DNA of 64,000 bases from Octopus vulgaris (Eukaryota). The notes under the pieces were generated by a model. That model saw only the letters and a program-made list of their open reading frames with translations. It had not been told where the DNA came from and did not search any database. Each line of letters begins with the position of its first letter. Within the stretch, counting starts at the first letter, position 1. A program made the position numbers and the translations under genes. Shown piece by piece: positions 26,151 to 40,832 of this stretch. Location: assembly GCA_951406725.2 (NCBI GenBank), contig OX597819.1, positions 101,928,001 through 101,992,000 on the forward strand, in the 5' to 3' direction.

Positions 26151-28136
26151 ACTTCATTGAACTGTCATTTTATGACATAAATTGCATTTTCCAACCCGAG
26201 TCGTATTTAAATTTACAAAATATTCATATTTTGTAACTGAATAAATTTTTATTGCTGACACAAGAACAAATATTTAGAAGTTGTTTCCTTTTGTTCTCTC
26301 ACAGCTCAAAGAAAAAAAAGAGAAGTCTCACTAATACATAATATTTCATCTGTGTTTATAGCATTAAATTTATAGCTTTAATTTATTTATTTTTTCGATT
26401 ATTTCAAACATGACAGCTACGGCTCAGTGTTTTATTCTGTGGTGACTGTACCATGTGGTTAGTGTTGCTCCTAAAATGACTGTTAATGTTTAAGTTTATT
26501 GATTTCTGTTACTGAAATTCAGTCTATCAATGAAATTGCATAGAGCTTCTAAAGTTTACATTTCCTTTCAATTGGTTGATCCAGAAACCTTGCTAAAAAA
26601 ATAACTACTGATAGTATTTAATATATTCTTCTGCTTCAGTAAGAATAGTGCCAATGTCAATGAAATTAAGTGTCTTTAGGATGAAACCTATAAGATGTAT
26701 TCGAGCTAGAGTCCAACAAGTCGTGGCGGCTTAAAAGACCAGGCAGTCAACAATTTCACATCAGTGCCTAACTCTCAGTGGTCTGTCAGTACGCAGGGCT
26801 CCAACGAGAAATTTTCGAGGGTTCGTGCTCTCACTTGATAGCTTTTGAACCTACATTAAGTTCATCAATCCTTTTGATAGGTCTTTTTTTAAAGTCCTGC
26901 AGGGTTTCTAGCAACCGTCATCAATATGGATATATAACACGCAGACACAAATACATATGTGTGTTTGTGCGTGTGTGGGAGGATGTTATTGTATGTATAT
27001 ACGCAAGCGCACACATTTTATTCGCTGATATCAAAAATTACATATTTTTATAGGTAAAAATGTATGAATACATTTGTTTGTGTTTGTGTGAGCGCATGTG
27101 TAAATGTGAGAGGATTATGTTCTCATTGTGTGTATTTATGTAAGTGAATCTATATGAACGTAGGATAACATTGCGTGTACATGTGTCGGTGTATACATCA
27201 CTGTGCATGTATATGTTTGTGTGAGTGATTGCGTCTATGTACAAGTAATTTTCTAAAATCTACAGCAACATAATGAAAACCGAAATACAACAGCAACAAA
27301 TTAACAGAAAATAAAAACAACAGTAACACGAAAACAAAGAACAATAGCAAAAAATATTCTATTATTAATGCTTTAGGGCTAATTAAAAAATAAAAGAGGT
27401 AATCCGTGAGATAGAAGAAAGGGGCAACCCTTTAAGAGACTATAATATGGCTGTGATTGCAGCCAACAGGGCGAACGAGAGTAGGATGGGTGGTCACGGT
27501 GCTTTGTGAGAACACAAATCTGATTCTGATAGCGGATTGTTTGTTAGAAAAGTGTAATTAAAAACGCTTCTCCCCTCAAGGTCCTCTACGTGCGTGTGTA
27601 TACACGTATATATATGTGTGTGTTTTCTTGTATCTGTGTGAGTATGTGCGTATGTATGAGTGTGTTTGCGTGTGTTTGCGTGTGTATGTGTATGTATGTC
27701 TATGCGAATATATATCCATGTGAATGCATGTGTGTGCGCTAGTTTGGGATAAGTTTGTGTTTGGTGTAATAGTTGAAAGTTGCATATACATATGTTTGAA
27801 TATACATACATATATATGTGTGTGTGTGTGTGTATGTGTGTGTGTACATACATTCACACGTGTGTGTGCATGTGTGTGTGTATGTATGAATGCTTGTGAG
27901 TGCGTGTCTGTGTGGTGTAATTGTTTAATTTGCTTCTTATTTCCAGTAACGGTTGGTATTAGCCAAGCTGGAGCACTATCGTAATGTTCTTCTTAACCTT
28001 ATTTCTAAGTGTTTTTCCTGGAGTTTATGCGATGAAAGTCTAATACAGGTATTTGTACTTCATATTCGTACGTATATCCATACATACATACATGCATGCA
28101 TACATACATACATACATACATACATACATACATACA

Positions 28137-28170
<34 letters not shown>

Positions 28171-28663
28171 CATACATACATATATATATATATTTATACT
28201 GTTAAATTAGATGTAATCTAAATCTAATTTTTCCATGGAAGTTTGGATTTCCTCCCTAATATTATTATTATTATGCATATGAATACATATATATGTATAT
28301 GTGTGTCTATATATATGTGTATGTGTGTGTGTGTATGTGTGTGTTTTTGTCAGTAGAGTGTGATTCGAGATAGATATGGATTCTTAATATTCATGTACGT
28401 GTATGTGCGTAATGTGTACGCGTGTGCATAATACATGAGTGAAGGTAGCGTTTTCAGGTGAGGTACATTGGTTCCATTAATGTGTTAAATGGAAGTGGGT
28501 GAGAATAACAGTAGATATTCTAATTTGATATGTGATATATCTTCTAATACCTGCTTTGCCTTTCTTGATTTAGGAGTTGATAACATAAGTACCAGTAATA
28601 CACCTTATATTTAAATCACTAATGTATGAAACTGTGTATAGTTCTATATTTAAGAGCTGAGGG

Positions 28664-28773
28664 ATTATGTACGTTATTTATATTATTTACATGTGACGGA
28701 TATTTATCCTCGTCTTGTTAACAACAAATAAGATCAAGAAAAATATCCGTCAAATGTAAATAATGTACATAAT
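28664..28773. repeat. Collapsed hairpin element
   Basis: ATTATTTACATGTGACGGATATTT (28682) pairs with AAATATCCGTCAAATGTAAATAAT (28741). Outer pair ATTATGTAC/GTACATAAT. Confidence 0.75.
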
Positions 28774-29055
28774 GTAACTGTGTATGTATCTATATATAAA
28801 ATTATCCAAATAATTTCTTGGTGAAAAATATGTAAAAAAAATAATAAATAAACAATAATACAAAGCAAATACTTACATGCTTTAAGGAAATGAAGAGGAA
28901 AGATTTAACATTTCGGATAGCGGTCAATCATCAAGAGAAAAAATAACGAGATCAGACAGAAAACTACTTTTATACCAGATAACAGTAGAATGTACATAGA
29001 TGTACTTTTGGGTTAAAATTGCTTGTTTAAATAGATGTATATGTGATAAAGAGAT

Positions 29056-29133
<78 letters not shown>

Positions 29134-29399
29134 GTCAGACAGACAACCAGACAAACAAACAAAGACAGAATTTATCACGAGAGCCATGTACGTAAGCGAA
29201 TGTTCATTTTTGAGTATGTGTTTCTGAATGAGGAGAAAACGCATAATACTAGCTCGAGCAGTTTGAAATAGCAATTAAATCTCACTCTACCTTCTTTAAA
29301 TCGAAGGACTAATTCTTGAAATAAATAGATGGTCATCGGTGGAATGCTTTTGAACATGGGGTTAACTTTAAGCTAACAGAGCGTATTTAAACATGTGCC

Positions 29400-29554
29400 C
29401 GCTTCCCAACCACATCGTTCCAGGTACTTCTTTACTGTGTGGCACCTTAGGCAAGTGTCTTCCACTATAACCTCGGACCAATGAATGTATTGTGGGATTT
29501 GGTAGACGGAAATTCAAAGAAGCCCGTCGTGCGTGTGTGTGTATATATACATAT

Positions 29555-29595
<41 letters not shown>

Positions 29596-29765
29596 GTACA
29601 CACATACGCGCGCACACACACACACGCATGTATGTGTGTGTGTATATATATGCGTGTGTGGATGTGTGTGCATGTTTTTGCGTCTGTGTTTGCTCCTGCC
29701 GCCGCCTGATAACCGGTGTTGATGTGTTTACACCCATGTAAATTAGCTGTTCGGCAAAAAAAATT

Positions 29766-29801
<36 letters not shown>

Positions 29802-29925
29802 TCACCGATAGAATAAATAAAAAAACCTAATAAGGTCGATTTACTCGACTAAAAATTCTTCGAGGCGGTGCTGCAGCATGGCCGCAGTCTAATGACTTCA
29901 AACAATTAGAAGACAAAAAGATAAA
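29400..29925 (+). mobile_element. SINE family A, diverged
   Basis: Family A blocks and internal microsatellite. Confidence 0.8.
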
Positions 29926-30077
29926 AAATACATATAAGCACATTCACAGACAAATAGCTGCATATACACATACACACGCATATATATATATATATATATA
30001 TGCGCAACCGGTAAAAGAACATTCACCTAATTAAATTACTTAATTACTTCAATTATTTGTCAGCATTTTCTTCATTT

Positions 30078-30142
<65 letters not shown>

Positions 30143-30144
<2 letters not shown>

Positions 30145-30370
30145 CTCTTAATCTTTTACTCTTTTACTTGTTTCAGTCATTTGACTGCAGCCATGCTGGA
30201 GCACCGCCTTTAATCTAGCAACTCGACCCCGGGACTTATTCTTTTGTAAGCCCAGTTCTTATTCTATCGGTCCATTTTGCCGAACCGCTAAGTAACGGGG
30301 ACATAAAGACACCAGCATCGGTTGTCAAGCAATGCTAAGGGGACAAACACAAACACACAAACACACACAC

Positions 30371-30409
<39 letters not shown>

Positions 30410-30565
30410 TACGACGGGCTTCTTTCAGTTTCCATCTACCAAATCCACTCACAAAGCTTTGGTCGGCCCGAGGCTATAGTAGAAGACACTTGCCCAAGAT
30501 GCCACGCAGTGGGACTGAACCTGGAACCATGTGGTTGGTAAACAAACTACTTACCACACAGCCAC
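30143..30565 (-). mobile_element. SINE family A, young
   Basis: Reverse complement of the 10831 copy with few differences. Confidence 0.9.
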
Positions 30566-30896
30566 ATGTATGTGTGTGTGTGTGAATGTCTGTGTATGTA
30601 AGCACAAGCGATCAGCCACATAACGACGCAAGTAATATATATGACCTTGTGTTGCTGTGTATACGTATATCTATAAGTTTCACAATGCCTACCTATTAAA
30701 TTGACATTTATATATGAAAATTAAGTATAGGTGCATTTATATTCTTAGATCCCAATTTTCCTCGCAGGAACATCTCACACGGCCGGTCGTCTATTTCTGT
30801 CTCACCTTTTATATGAAATTCCTGAACTTTCTATCAATAAACACAGCTATTGAAACGTACCACCATCCCTAACAATCTAACATAAATCATACCCTC

Positions 30897-30947
<51 letters not shown>

Positions 30948-31293
30948 ATATGTGTCTGTGTGTATCTCTCAGTGTGTGTCTGAGAGTATGTGTATGTGTA
31001 TGTGAGTGTGTTTGTGTATATATAAATGTGTATGTATGATGATATGTATATTTTATATATCTGCATAGACACCCACACTAAGCAGTTCTCCTGAGGGAAA
31101 TTGGATATGCATAAATTTAGCATGTATATATACGTGCAATAGATGTGTAAATGTCAGGTGTACACCTGTAAACACTTAAACACCATCAAATGTTTATATG
31201 TATGTATGCATGTATATACGTATGTATACATCTGGGTATAAGTATATATTCACAGTAATATGTAAATATACATACATATATACATATATATAT

Positions 31294-31326
<33 letters not shown>

Positions 31327-31345
31327 TACATATATACATACATAT

Positions 31346-31425
<80 letters not shown>

Positions 31426-31426
31426 A

Positions 31427-31509
<83 letters not shown>

Positions 31510-31959
31510 TTACATGTATATATGTGTTTAATGTCTGAATATATATGCGTGTGCTTGCTATGTGTGTATACGTGTGTATCATCTATCTGCAGAAGCCTGC
31601 GTACTTGTCAAAAGCTAGGTATCACGAGATGTGAAAGAGTCGGTGAATATAGACAGATCAGTTTTGCCTACGTAGAGGTCAGTCGCCATCAGCTAGATTT
31701 CAGTTATGAATATGAAGTTAACTTTCTCTAGGTAGTAAGGTTTTTAAAAAAATGTGTGTGCGCATGTCTGTGTGTCTGTGTGTCTGTGTGTGTGTTTGTC
31801 TGTGTGTGTGTACTTGTGTGTGTGTGTGTGACTGTGTTTGTTTGTTTGTTTGTGTTTTCGTCTGTGTGTGTATTTATGAGCGCATATGCGTCTGAATATG
31901 TATCTGAGTGCCTTGTATTTATCTTTGTGATAGGCGGAAAACTATAAAAGTGCCAAGAA

Positions 31960-32300
31960 AAATGCAGACGCGTGGGTTGGATTAGCCTTGGTGTAGATGA
32001 TATGCCGCTATTCCTGAGGAGCACCATTCTTTGAAGAAGATATAGAAGTGATGAATTGCTTATATCTCTAGATTCGATGTTGAAGTCATTCTTCAAAGAA
32101 TCTTCGGCAATCACGTGTCTGCACATCATATCCAGGATACGTCGTATATAACAGCATTTTCAGATATTTGAGCCGTGCTACAAGATGATTCATACCGGAT
32201 CACTGGTTTAGTCTGCTTCTAAAGCTTCTTATTTGGAGTTCTGAAACTTGACTGGTTCCCTTGATGTTTTATGACAGCTGTCCTGTATAAGGTGAACAAT
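31960..32300 (-). pseudogene. Possible RTE LINE 3' remnant
   Basis: YRTAVI...RRILD...EDSLKNDFNI resembles the RTE C-terminal region. Confidence 0.3.
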
Positions 32301-32376
32301 GGGATCAATTTCCCAAGCGTATTCACCTAATTTTTTTCTCCGTCTAAGGGGTAATTTTACCTGATATATTATAAGC

Positions 32377-33310
32377 CAGAGGTGGTCAAATTGCGGCTCG
32401 CGAGACACATGTAGCTCTTTGACCTTTAATATGCGGCTCGTGAAAATATGTTGGATGAGCTTCTTTTTTCATCATAGTATAAAAGGGAAATAAGAAATAA
32501 TTCAACCTTTATAATTATTTACTGTGTATAAATTGAGAACCCACTGGATTAAAACGTAAGTTTAAAGTTCATGTTTAGTAAAAATTATTTAAATATTTAA
32601 ATCCTAATTTTAATACTAGATCTGAGTGAGGCATTATTCGTTAGGGAAGGAATGGTGGGAGGCAGGGAGATTAAAGAAATTCCCGGTCAGCAAGGGTTAC
32701 AGAGGAATGTCAGAAGTGTGAGGTCATGGGTTAGGGGATTAAAGGCTTCAGTGCACCGGGAGAGTGAAAGTGGTCACATGTGGTTTAATGAGTCTAGTCT
32801 CGACCGCACTTATGTCATGTACATTAATGCAGTGTAACACAAGACACTGAACTTTGCAGACCTAGTTGGTACACTTCGGATACAAGTTTTGTTTCAAGGT
32901 GTCTGTGAAAATTTTGTGAAGGAAGATGGCCTCCTCAAATTGTAAGAAACGAAAAGACGAAGATGAAAACAGAAATTCTAAACACGATGGCGAGGAAGGT
33001 TTTGCATACACCGTCAAAAGAGGTAAACCTGTGTGCTTTATCTGCCCTGTCAATCATTACAAGGCTAGTAACCTGAAACGCCATTATGATTATCCACTTA
33101 AATCAGAATTAAGGAAAAAGAAGATAAATGTTAAAGTCATCACTAAATAGCCAGCGGACACTGTTGACAACGATTAGTTAGGAAGTTGATACAACGACTG
33201 AAGTCACTTTTTTCATGTTATGGAATATTGCTCGTGATGGCGAATTTGTTAAGAAGAATATAGCTGAAATTATTGCAATGTTCATTCCAAATAACACAAG
33301 ACTTCGAAGA
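32377..33310 (+). mobile_element. hAT (Charlie/SPIN/Buster-like) 5' fragment
   Basis: Left end CAGAGGTGGTCAAATTGCGGCTCGCGAG. Decayed ORF KKRK..ENR...GKPVCFIC...YKASNLKRHY...WNIAR..DGEFVKK. Confidence 0.8.
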
Positions 33311-33398
33311 AACCACAGTTACACCCACTGACACACTCAAATATACAAACAGATAGATAATGCACACAGCTATTGGATTTTTATACATTCATTCCAGT

Positions 33399-33522
33399 TA
33401 GCTTACGAATATTTCCAATAAAATGTTGGAGAGACCTCATAGTTACATATATCAATTCATCTATAATTGATGAATTGGAACAAGTAGGGAACGGAAATCT
33501 TCCTTTATCTTCTTCAGAGCTA
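33399..33522 (-). ncRNA. Type I hammerhead-like motif with very long helix II
   Basis: Minus strand: TAGCT - CTGAAGA - 95 nt (containing the perfect stem CAATTCATC/GATGAATTG) - GAAA - TATTCG - TA - AGCTA. Helix III and the base of helix II are eroded. Confidence 0.55.
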
Positions 33523-35311
33523 CAGCGTTCTGGCTGCCTGATAGTCAGAGATATATGTGCGAATGTTTCTCTGAATGTGTGTGTGTTTATGAGAGAGTGG
33601 GTATGTGTGTGTGTTTTTGTGTGTGAGCGAGTGTGTGTGTGAGAGAGTGGATGTGTATGAGTGTTGGTGTATGTGAGAGTGTGCGTGCGTGTGAGAGTGT
33701 GTGCGTGTGAAATAGTGTGTGTGTGAAAGAGTGTGTGTGTGTGTGTATGTGCATGCGTTTTGAAGTGCAGAATTTACCTAGTGTTTAGGAAGATTTACAT
33801 TGAATATATTGAATATACATCGTAAGGAAATCCGAAAAACATTTAATCTGGGGCAGTATATATAATTTATCTTCATTGCAAGTTTCCTGCCAGGAATGCA
33901 ATTATTGATATTTTCTCGTTGGTATGGGGCTAATTTCTGCAAAATATCGCTCACCACGAAGTGATTCGCTAATGAAAGTCAATTCAAAACTGGCAGGATG
34001 ATCTCCACATCGTGGATAATAAAGTTAAAAGAATCCAAATCTAGTTCTTACCGATGTCTATCAAACATGATCAATATTTATAACAACAGCTGTTACAATA
34101 ACATTACAATGATGAACAGAAATAATTACGATGTAATATAAAAATGTAGGTAGCGGGGAAAAGTAGTGAAATATGTTGTAATAAATTAGTGAAGATAACA
34201 ATCATAGCGATTTAATCTAGATAAACTAAATATATTTCGAAATAAAAGGTATTGGAGTATTCGCTTATAGATCCACGCAGTCTGCACATGGCTCATCTGA
34301 ACAATACCTTCCTTCGGAGGAAACAAATGTAATCTATCTAACTTCATATACAATCAAAGTGTATAGTATTATATATTCATCGAGGCCGATCTTGCTAATC
34401 GGTTTCACACCGTATATGAAGTAGAAGCACAGTTACGTAATACCGCGTGCCGTCAGAGCAGGCAGGTAAGGAAACAAATTATAGTGATTAATCTCTGTTT
34501 TTGGAGGTGAAGAACTACATCCGGTTTGTGTCTGCCGTGAAAACAGATGACAAACTGAATAAGGGTTATATCAAGTGCTGTGTGCCTTGACTCCAAAAGT
34601 GCCCCTGATGTTTTCTGAGATGATGTCTATGTGTAGAGAGTTAAGGGTTAGTGCTCGTCTAGGTTTGGAATGTATTTATGGTATTATTATGCGTAAGGCT
34701 TTGGGTGGCTAGGTGCATGAGCAGGTGCCTAAAAGCCAAGGACCATGTTAAGGCGCATATGTGTCTGTTTGTACGTTTGTGTGTGTTTCTATCTCTTTGC
34801 TGGCTTCTCAGGGTATGGTGGTAAAAATCCCGAAGGTGATATTCTTGAGGGGTCTGTTCTGAAAGATTGTTAATATGGTTCTTTTCTCGGCTAAACATTT
34901 AATGCAGTTTCTGCTATACTCAGATTATCCACGTTATGCTGTAGTCAGTTGGGATTTCCTTCAAAGGTCATATGTACCTGGCCAAGTCTGTGGAATTTCA
35001 TCACTCTGGCAGGAGTTAGGAAGACTTAGGTTCATTGAATTTGGTCTTTCGAAGCGTGTAAGGGCGACAATGAAAAGAGAAACACAAAAAATAACAGGAA
35101 TAGTATAAAACAAGTTGAATGAAACTGGTTGCATATTCAAACCAAAACATAGATCAAATGTGTCATATTCTCTGCAATTATTCACTTATTGGAAATCATA
35201 AATATGTATAAACTTACTGAAACTCATGATATGAAGCTATATTGTTACCGCCAGGAAAATCCCCAATGGTGAAGTTTTGCTTTTTGTAAAGTGACTTCCC
35301 TTTCTGAAATA

Positions 35312-35517
35312 AGTACAAGGCTTTAAATTTTGGAGAAGGAGATTTATCAATTACATCGACCCGAGTAATTAACCACTACTTATTTTATCGATCGCCTCCA
35401 AAAGAATGAAAAGCAAAATCAATCACGGTGAAATTTGAACTGAAAACGAAAAGTCGGAAGAAATGCCGCTAAGTGTTTTGCCCTGTGTACTAACGTGTCT
35501 TCCTGCTCTCTGCCTTC
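35312..35517 (-). mobile_element. SINE family B
   Basis: Diverged reverse complement of the 55351 copy. Confidence 0.7.
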
Positions 35518-36933
35518 ATTCAAAGAATAATAATAAAAAGCACATACTCATATACATACGATTGTATCGAGGAAGCACATACAGTTACAATATAAGTAAG
35601 GGCTCTGTTGTTATTCTTAAATTAGTCGCGAAATAGTAATCTTAATTCTAAAATTAAATATATTTATATGAAAGACGTACTAAACTTGAACCCAGGCCTG
35701 AGATATGTAGCATGCCTTTAAAAAATAGAAACCCACAAATATTATGGTGTAGTCTTGCGTATGCACAGCAGACCTGTGTCGCCTTAAAAAACAGAGAGCA
35801 ACATCATGCATTGGTGTAGATTTCTGGGGTTCATTGGAGCTGACTGTCAGGAGTAAAATTATGGTACCCGGATCAATACTTAAGGTGTGAAGGTGTGGTG
35901 TCGTGGTGATGGTCAGAACATAGCCAGTGGTGGAGTACCTGTGATAAACATGATAGTTATTGGTGACTCTCCAGTACTTCTGGATGAAGTACATCTGTCT
36001 GGAAAAAAGAAAATGAAAAGTAATAATAAAAAATCGAATATGATGCAAACATCACATGCATTTCGTGCTTTTGTAATTCGAGATGATGAAGATGATGATG
36101 ACAACAATGAGAAGGATGAGGATGAGTAGGAGGAAGGGTAGGACGAAGACGAGAAGGAGGATGACAGCATCAACATGGGTGGCAGTAGAGAAGGTGGTGC
36201 TAGTAGTCATGGTAACAATGATTTTTGAACCAAGATTGTTGATGAGAAATGAGGTTATCTATCACCAAAGATATTGCTAGTACAATATAGCGAAATTTTG
36301 TTTTTGTTTTCTTTTATTATAAAAAAAAGCATTTAAAAATGCTTAAATAATAAATAAAGTTTGTTTTTTTTTACCAAAAAAAAAAGAAATTAAATAAAAA
36401 ATATAACAATTTATGAGAAATTATCAATAAAAGCAAAACCATCACTTATCAACACCGGCACCGCACCACAGAGTTGAAACGTCGCAATAATAAAATAATA
36501 ATAATAACAACAACAACAAGAGTAACTACAACAACAACAACTATGATAGTAATAATGATAATAATAAATCAAACAATGAAGAAATAATAAACAATAACCA
36601 GAATAATAACAACAGCGCTAACATGATTTCCGTGTGATTATTTTGAGCACTATCAGCTCCATAAAAAATAAATAAATAAATAAAAGTCATTAAGAAGGAG
36701 ACGCATATCATCAATGTCAACGCCATCACCTACATTATAATATGGCAGCGATTATTAAAGATAGGCACAAGGCCGGAAACTTATATTAACACCACTTCTG
36801 ACGTCACATTAACCGCCACCGACGCCATTAACACTGTACATTCTCAGGCAAAAAGTGTCTGCGCGTTTACACATATATGAGTGCGTATACGTATGTATGT
36901 ATGCATGTATGTACTTATGTATATATGTGTGTA

Positions 36934-36985
<52 letters not shown>

Positions 36986-37099
36986 CATATATATATATCT
37001 ATATATATATAATATATATATATACACACATATATTCATATATTCATACACACGTAATATTATTACACAGATTCACACGCGAACATATATGATTGTTGC

Positions 37100-37177
<78 letters not shown>

Positions 37178-37251
37178 GAAAGAACAACATCAACAATTTC
37201 AATAAAAATGAATTAAATAATCTCTATCTATATGAGTGCTTAATTGTATGT

Positions 37252-37325
<74 letters not shown>

Positions 37326-38106
37326 ATATACATACATATATATATTTATATATATTACATACATATATATATGCATATATATATGTGGGCTTATATATAA
37401 ATATATATGTGTATGTGCGTGTGTGTGTGTGTGTTTGCATATATACAAATATATTATGCACACGAACTTATGCATATACACATATATACATATGAATATC
37501 ATAGAAAATAAATGAGTTTTTAATCTAGTTTATTTAGCATGATAAGAAGTTAAAGAAAAATATAAATATATTTATCTATAAAGACGTTTCTTAAATGTAT
37601 TTTTAATGACTTGGCAAATATTTCTGCCAAATACTTTCATACAAGCTGATTTTATTTTCTTTCTATATATCATTTTTACACTTATTTATATATGTATATA
37701 TTTTTTTGCTATTATCATATTTGCTGATGTTGCTGTTTGTATTATTATTGTCGTTGTTAATGTTCTTTTTTATCTTTTTTTTTTTTACTTCTTTCTATTC
37801 TTTTGCCCTTTTTTTTATTTTACTCGTATTTCTTTTCACCTTCCTCTCTCTTTCTTTCTCTTCTTCAAGACGAATGCCAACAAACAAACATAAAGAAAAC
37901 GATATATCATAAGTAGACATTTAGCATGTAATTGTATGTAAATGTGTTTGTAAGTGGTGGTGGTGGTGGTGATAGTGGTAGTTGGGCAGAGTAAGATTTT
38001 GCTGATATGATTGCTCACATATAATATTTATACATAAATTCATAATATATATATACTTATATACACACAAACATATATATATATATATATATATATGTAT
38101 AAATGC

Positions 38107-38138
<32 letters not shown>

Positions 38139-38208
38139 GCGAATATTAAATTACTCAAATATTTACCTATGTGGCCAACAGAAAGAAATTAATACTGTAT
38201 ATATGTGC

Positions 38209-38244
<36 letters not shown>

Positions 38245-38555
38245 GTGCAGTTATGCATATATATATTGATACATACTTAGATGCATAAATGTGTGTGATT
38301 TTGTATAGGTATATACGTTGACACGCATTGTTTATGTATATTATTCAGTTTGCTGCATATGGTCGTACATAAGTATGTATATGTCGTACATACATATATA
38401 TGTATACACATATGCATGTGCACTTCAAGTGTATATATATACATGTATATATGGAGAGAGAGAGAGAAGGGGAGAGAGAGAGAAAGAGATTGAAAGACAT
38501 ATGAATTACACATGCACACATACATAAAATACTCATGATGATAGAAATAATAATG

Positions 38556-38611
<56 letters not shown>

Positions 38612-38829
38612 TAATAATTATTATAATAATAAATAATAATAATAATAATAACAACAACAACAACAATAATAATAATAACAACAACAACAACAATAATAAT
38701 AGCAACAACTACAATAATAATTTTAAATATTGTAATACAAGTACATATATACTTACATCGTTTGACTCCCATCTGTCGGTATTGTTATCCGTTTCTCAAT
38801 CTCAAACTTCGGTTTCATAATGTGCATTC

Positions 38830-39482
38830 AGTGTATATATATATATGCATACGCACACACACACCTATATATTTATATATATATATACATACATATATAT
38901 CTATATCTACCTATATGTATATGTATCAACTGAAATCAAAAACAGAACGCAAAGGGTGTCGTGGATACACACACACAAACACTCACATACACATATACAT
39001 ATATATACATCCGTATGTATGTATGTATGTATGTATGTATGTATGTATGTATGTATGTATGCATGTATGTATGCATGTATGTATGTATGTATGTATGTAT
39101 GTATGTATGTATGTATGTATGTATGTATGCATGTATGTATGTATGTATGTATGTATGTATGTATGTGTAATATACAGAAGTCTTAAGAGGAGTAGGATGG
39201 ACGTGAGTAAGATGAAATATCTATACTGAGATATTATCCAGAAATTATTTAGATATTTCAGTAAAAAATGTAGTAAAATCATTAGTAATAAATTTTAAAT
39301 ATCCGTTAATAAATCATTTAGATGGTTGAAATAAATCTCTCACCATTACTCTGCCCCATCTATATACACCCCTTTGTCTCTACCCACTGATCTCTCGTTT
39401 GCCTTTCTCTTTGTCCATCTCTCGCACTATCTCCATTCCCTGTCTTCACCTATCTTTCTTTCTCTTTCATTCAGTATGTCTG

Positions 39483-39523
<41 letters not shown>

Positions 39524-39679
39524 ATTACTCTAACCCGGTAGCACTATTTCGTAATCATACTATCTTATTTTACAGAGAAAATAGACATAAGGAGCAAATG
39601 TCTTAATTTGACTGGCATACGCATAAGTACACTAACAAACGCCCTTACACGCACATACCTCCTTAACTCACTAACACAA

Positions 39680-39722
<43 letters not shown>

Positions 39723-39798
39723 GTGCATACATATATGTGTGTGTATGCACGTATATATTAATATACACACACATACATACACACACACACATACACAC

Positions 39799-39830
<32 letters not shown>

Positions 39831-40074
39831 CTGTGTGTGTCACTTTATATGTGTGCAAATTTGTGAGTGGATGTTGTAGTCTGTCTGTATGTCAGTGTAT
39901 GGGTGTGTGTTTCTATGTTTGTATGTCTACTAGGTACTTTACAACCTTGTTCATCCAGCGTGAAGACCATCGAAAGTCTAAGTAGGGTGGATGGGTGGTT
40001 GTCAGAATTAAGTAGCATCTATTAAATTACCATAAATTTGGATATATAAATATAGAAATACAAAATTATGTGTC

Positions 40075-40131
<57 letters not shown>

Positions 40132-40599
40132 CAAGAGCTATTGGATATCCAGAACACCTATGAGATTTGCATGCATAAGTGTTAAGTGCTTTCAAGATGT
40201 CACTTAATTTTCTGCTCTCCATGATCACAGATAAGCTTACATCTGGATGGCAAATAATTGAAATATGAATGTATATCTTTCAAAACCAACTACATAAGAA
40301 CGGCCATCCAAAATGTTATGAAACTGGCGGTACCAAAGCGTGGCCGTAGCCTCAAGGCTAAAACACGTTGAAGAATAGTAGAAAAGTAGAGTAAAAGAAT
40401 GTACATATATATCAGTGTATATCTATGCATACGCACACACACACATATATATTTATATATATTTACATACGTATATATCTATATCTACCTATATGTATAT
40501 GTATCAAATGAAATCAAAAACAGAACGCAAAGGATGTCGCGGATACACACACACAAACACACACACACACACACATATACATATATGTATATATATACA

Positions 40600-40667
<68 letters not shown>

Positions 40668-40690
40668 CGTATGTATGTATGTATGTATAT
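38830..40690 (+). repeat. Local direct duplication (about 38830-39030 and 40413-40690)
   Basis: Both copies carry TATCTACCTATATGTATATGTATCAA.TGAAATCAAAAACAGAACGCAAAGG.TGTCG.GGATACAC...ATACATCCGTATG. Confidence 0.85.
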
Positions 40691-40728
40691 GGAATATACC
40701 AGGATGAATACACGGGAAACTTCATTGC

Positions 40729-40832
40729 TCACAACGATCGTTTCGATACATCCTGCATCAATCCCCACCGGGGGGAAAATTATACACAAAGTTGAAGTGC
40801 ATCCCTTGGTGATGAAGTCTATCGTCAGGTGA
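40729..40832 (-). ncRNA. Type I minimal hammerhead with long helix II
   Basis: Minus strand: TCAC - CTGACGA - 77 nt - GAAA - CGATCG - TT - GTGA. The closing pairs of helix II are imperfect. Confidence 0.62.

Noticed and set aside
35680-36048. 122-aa minus-strand ORF as a host exon
   Set aside because: No recognisable domain or splice context. At most a faint resemblance to a decayed LINE endonuclease, too weak to call.
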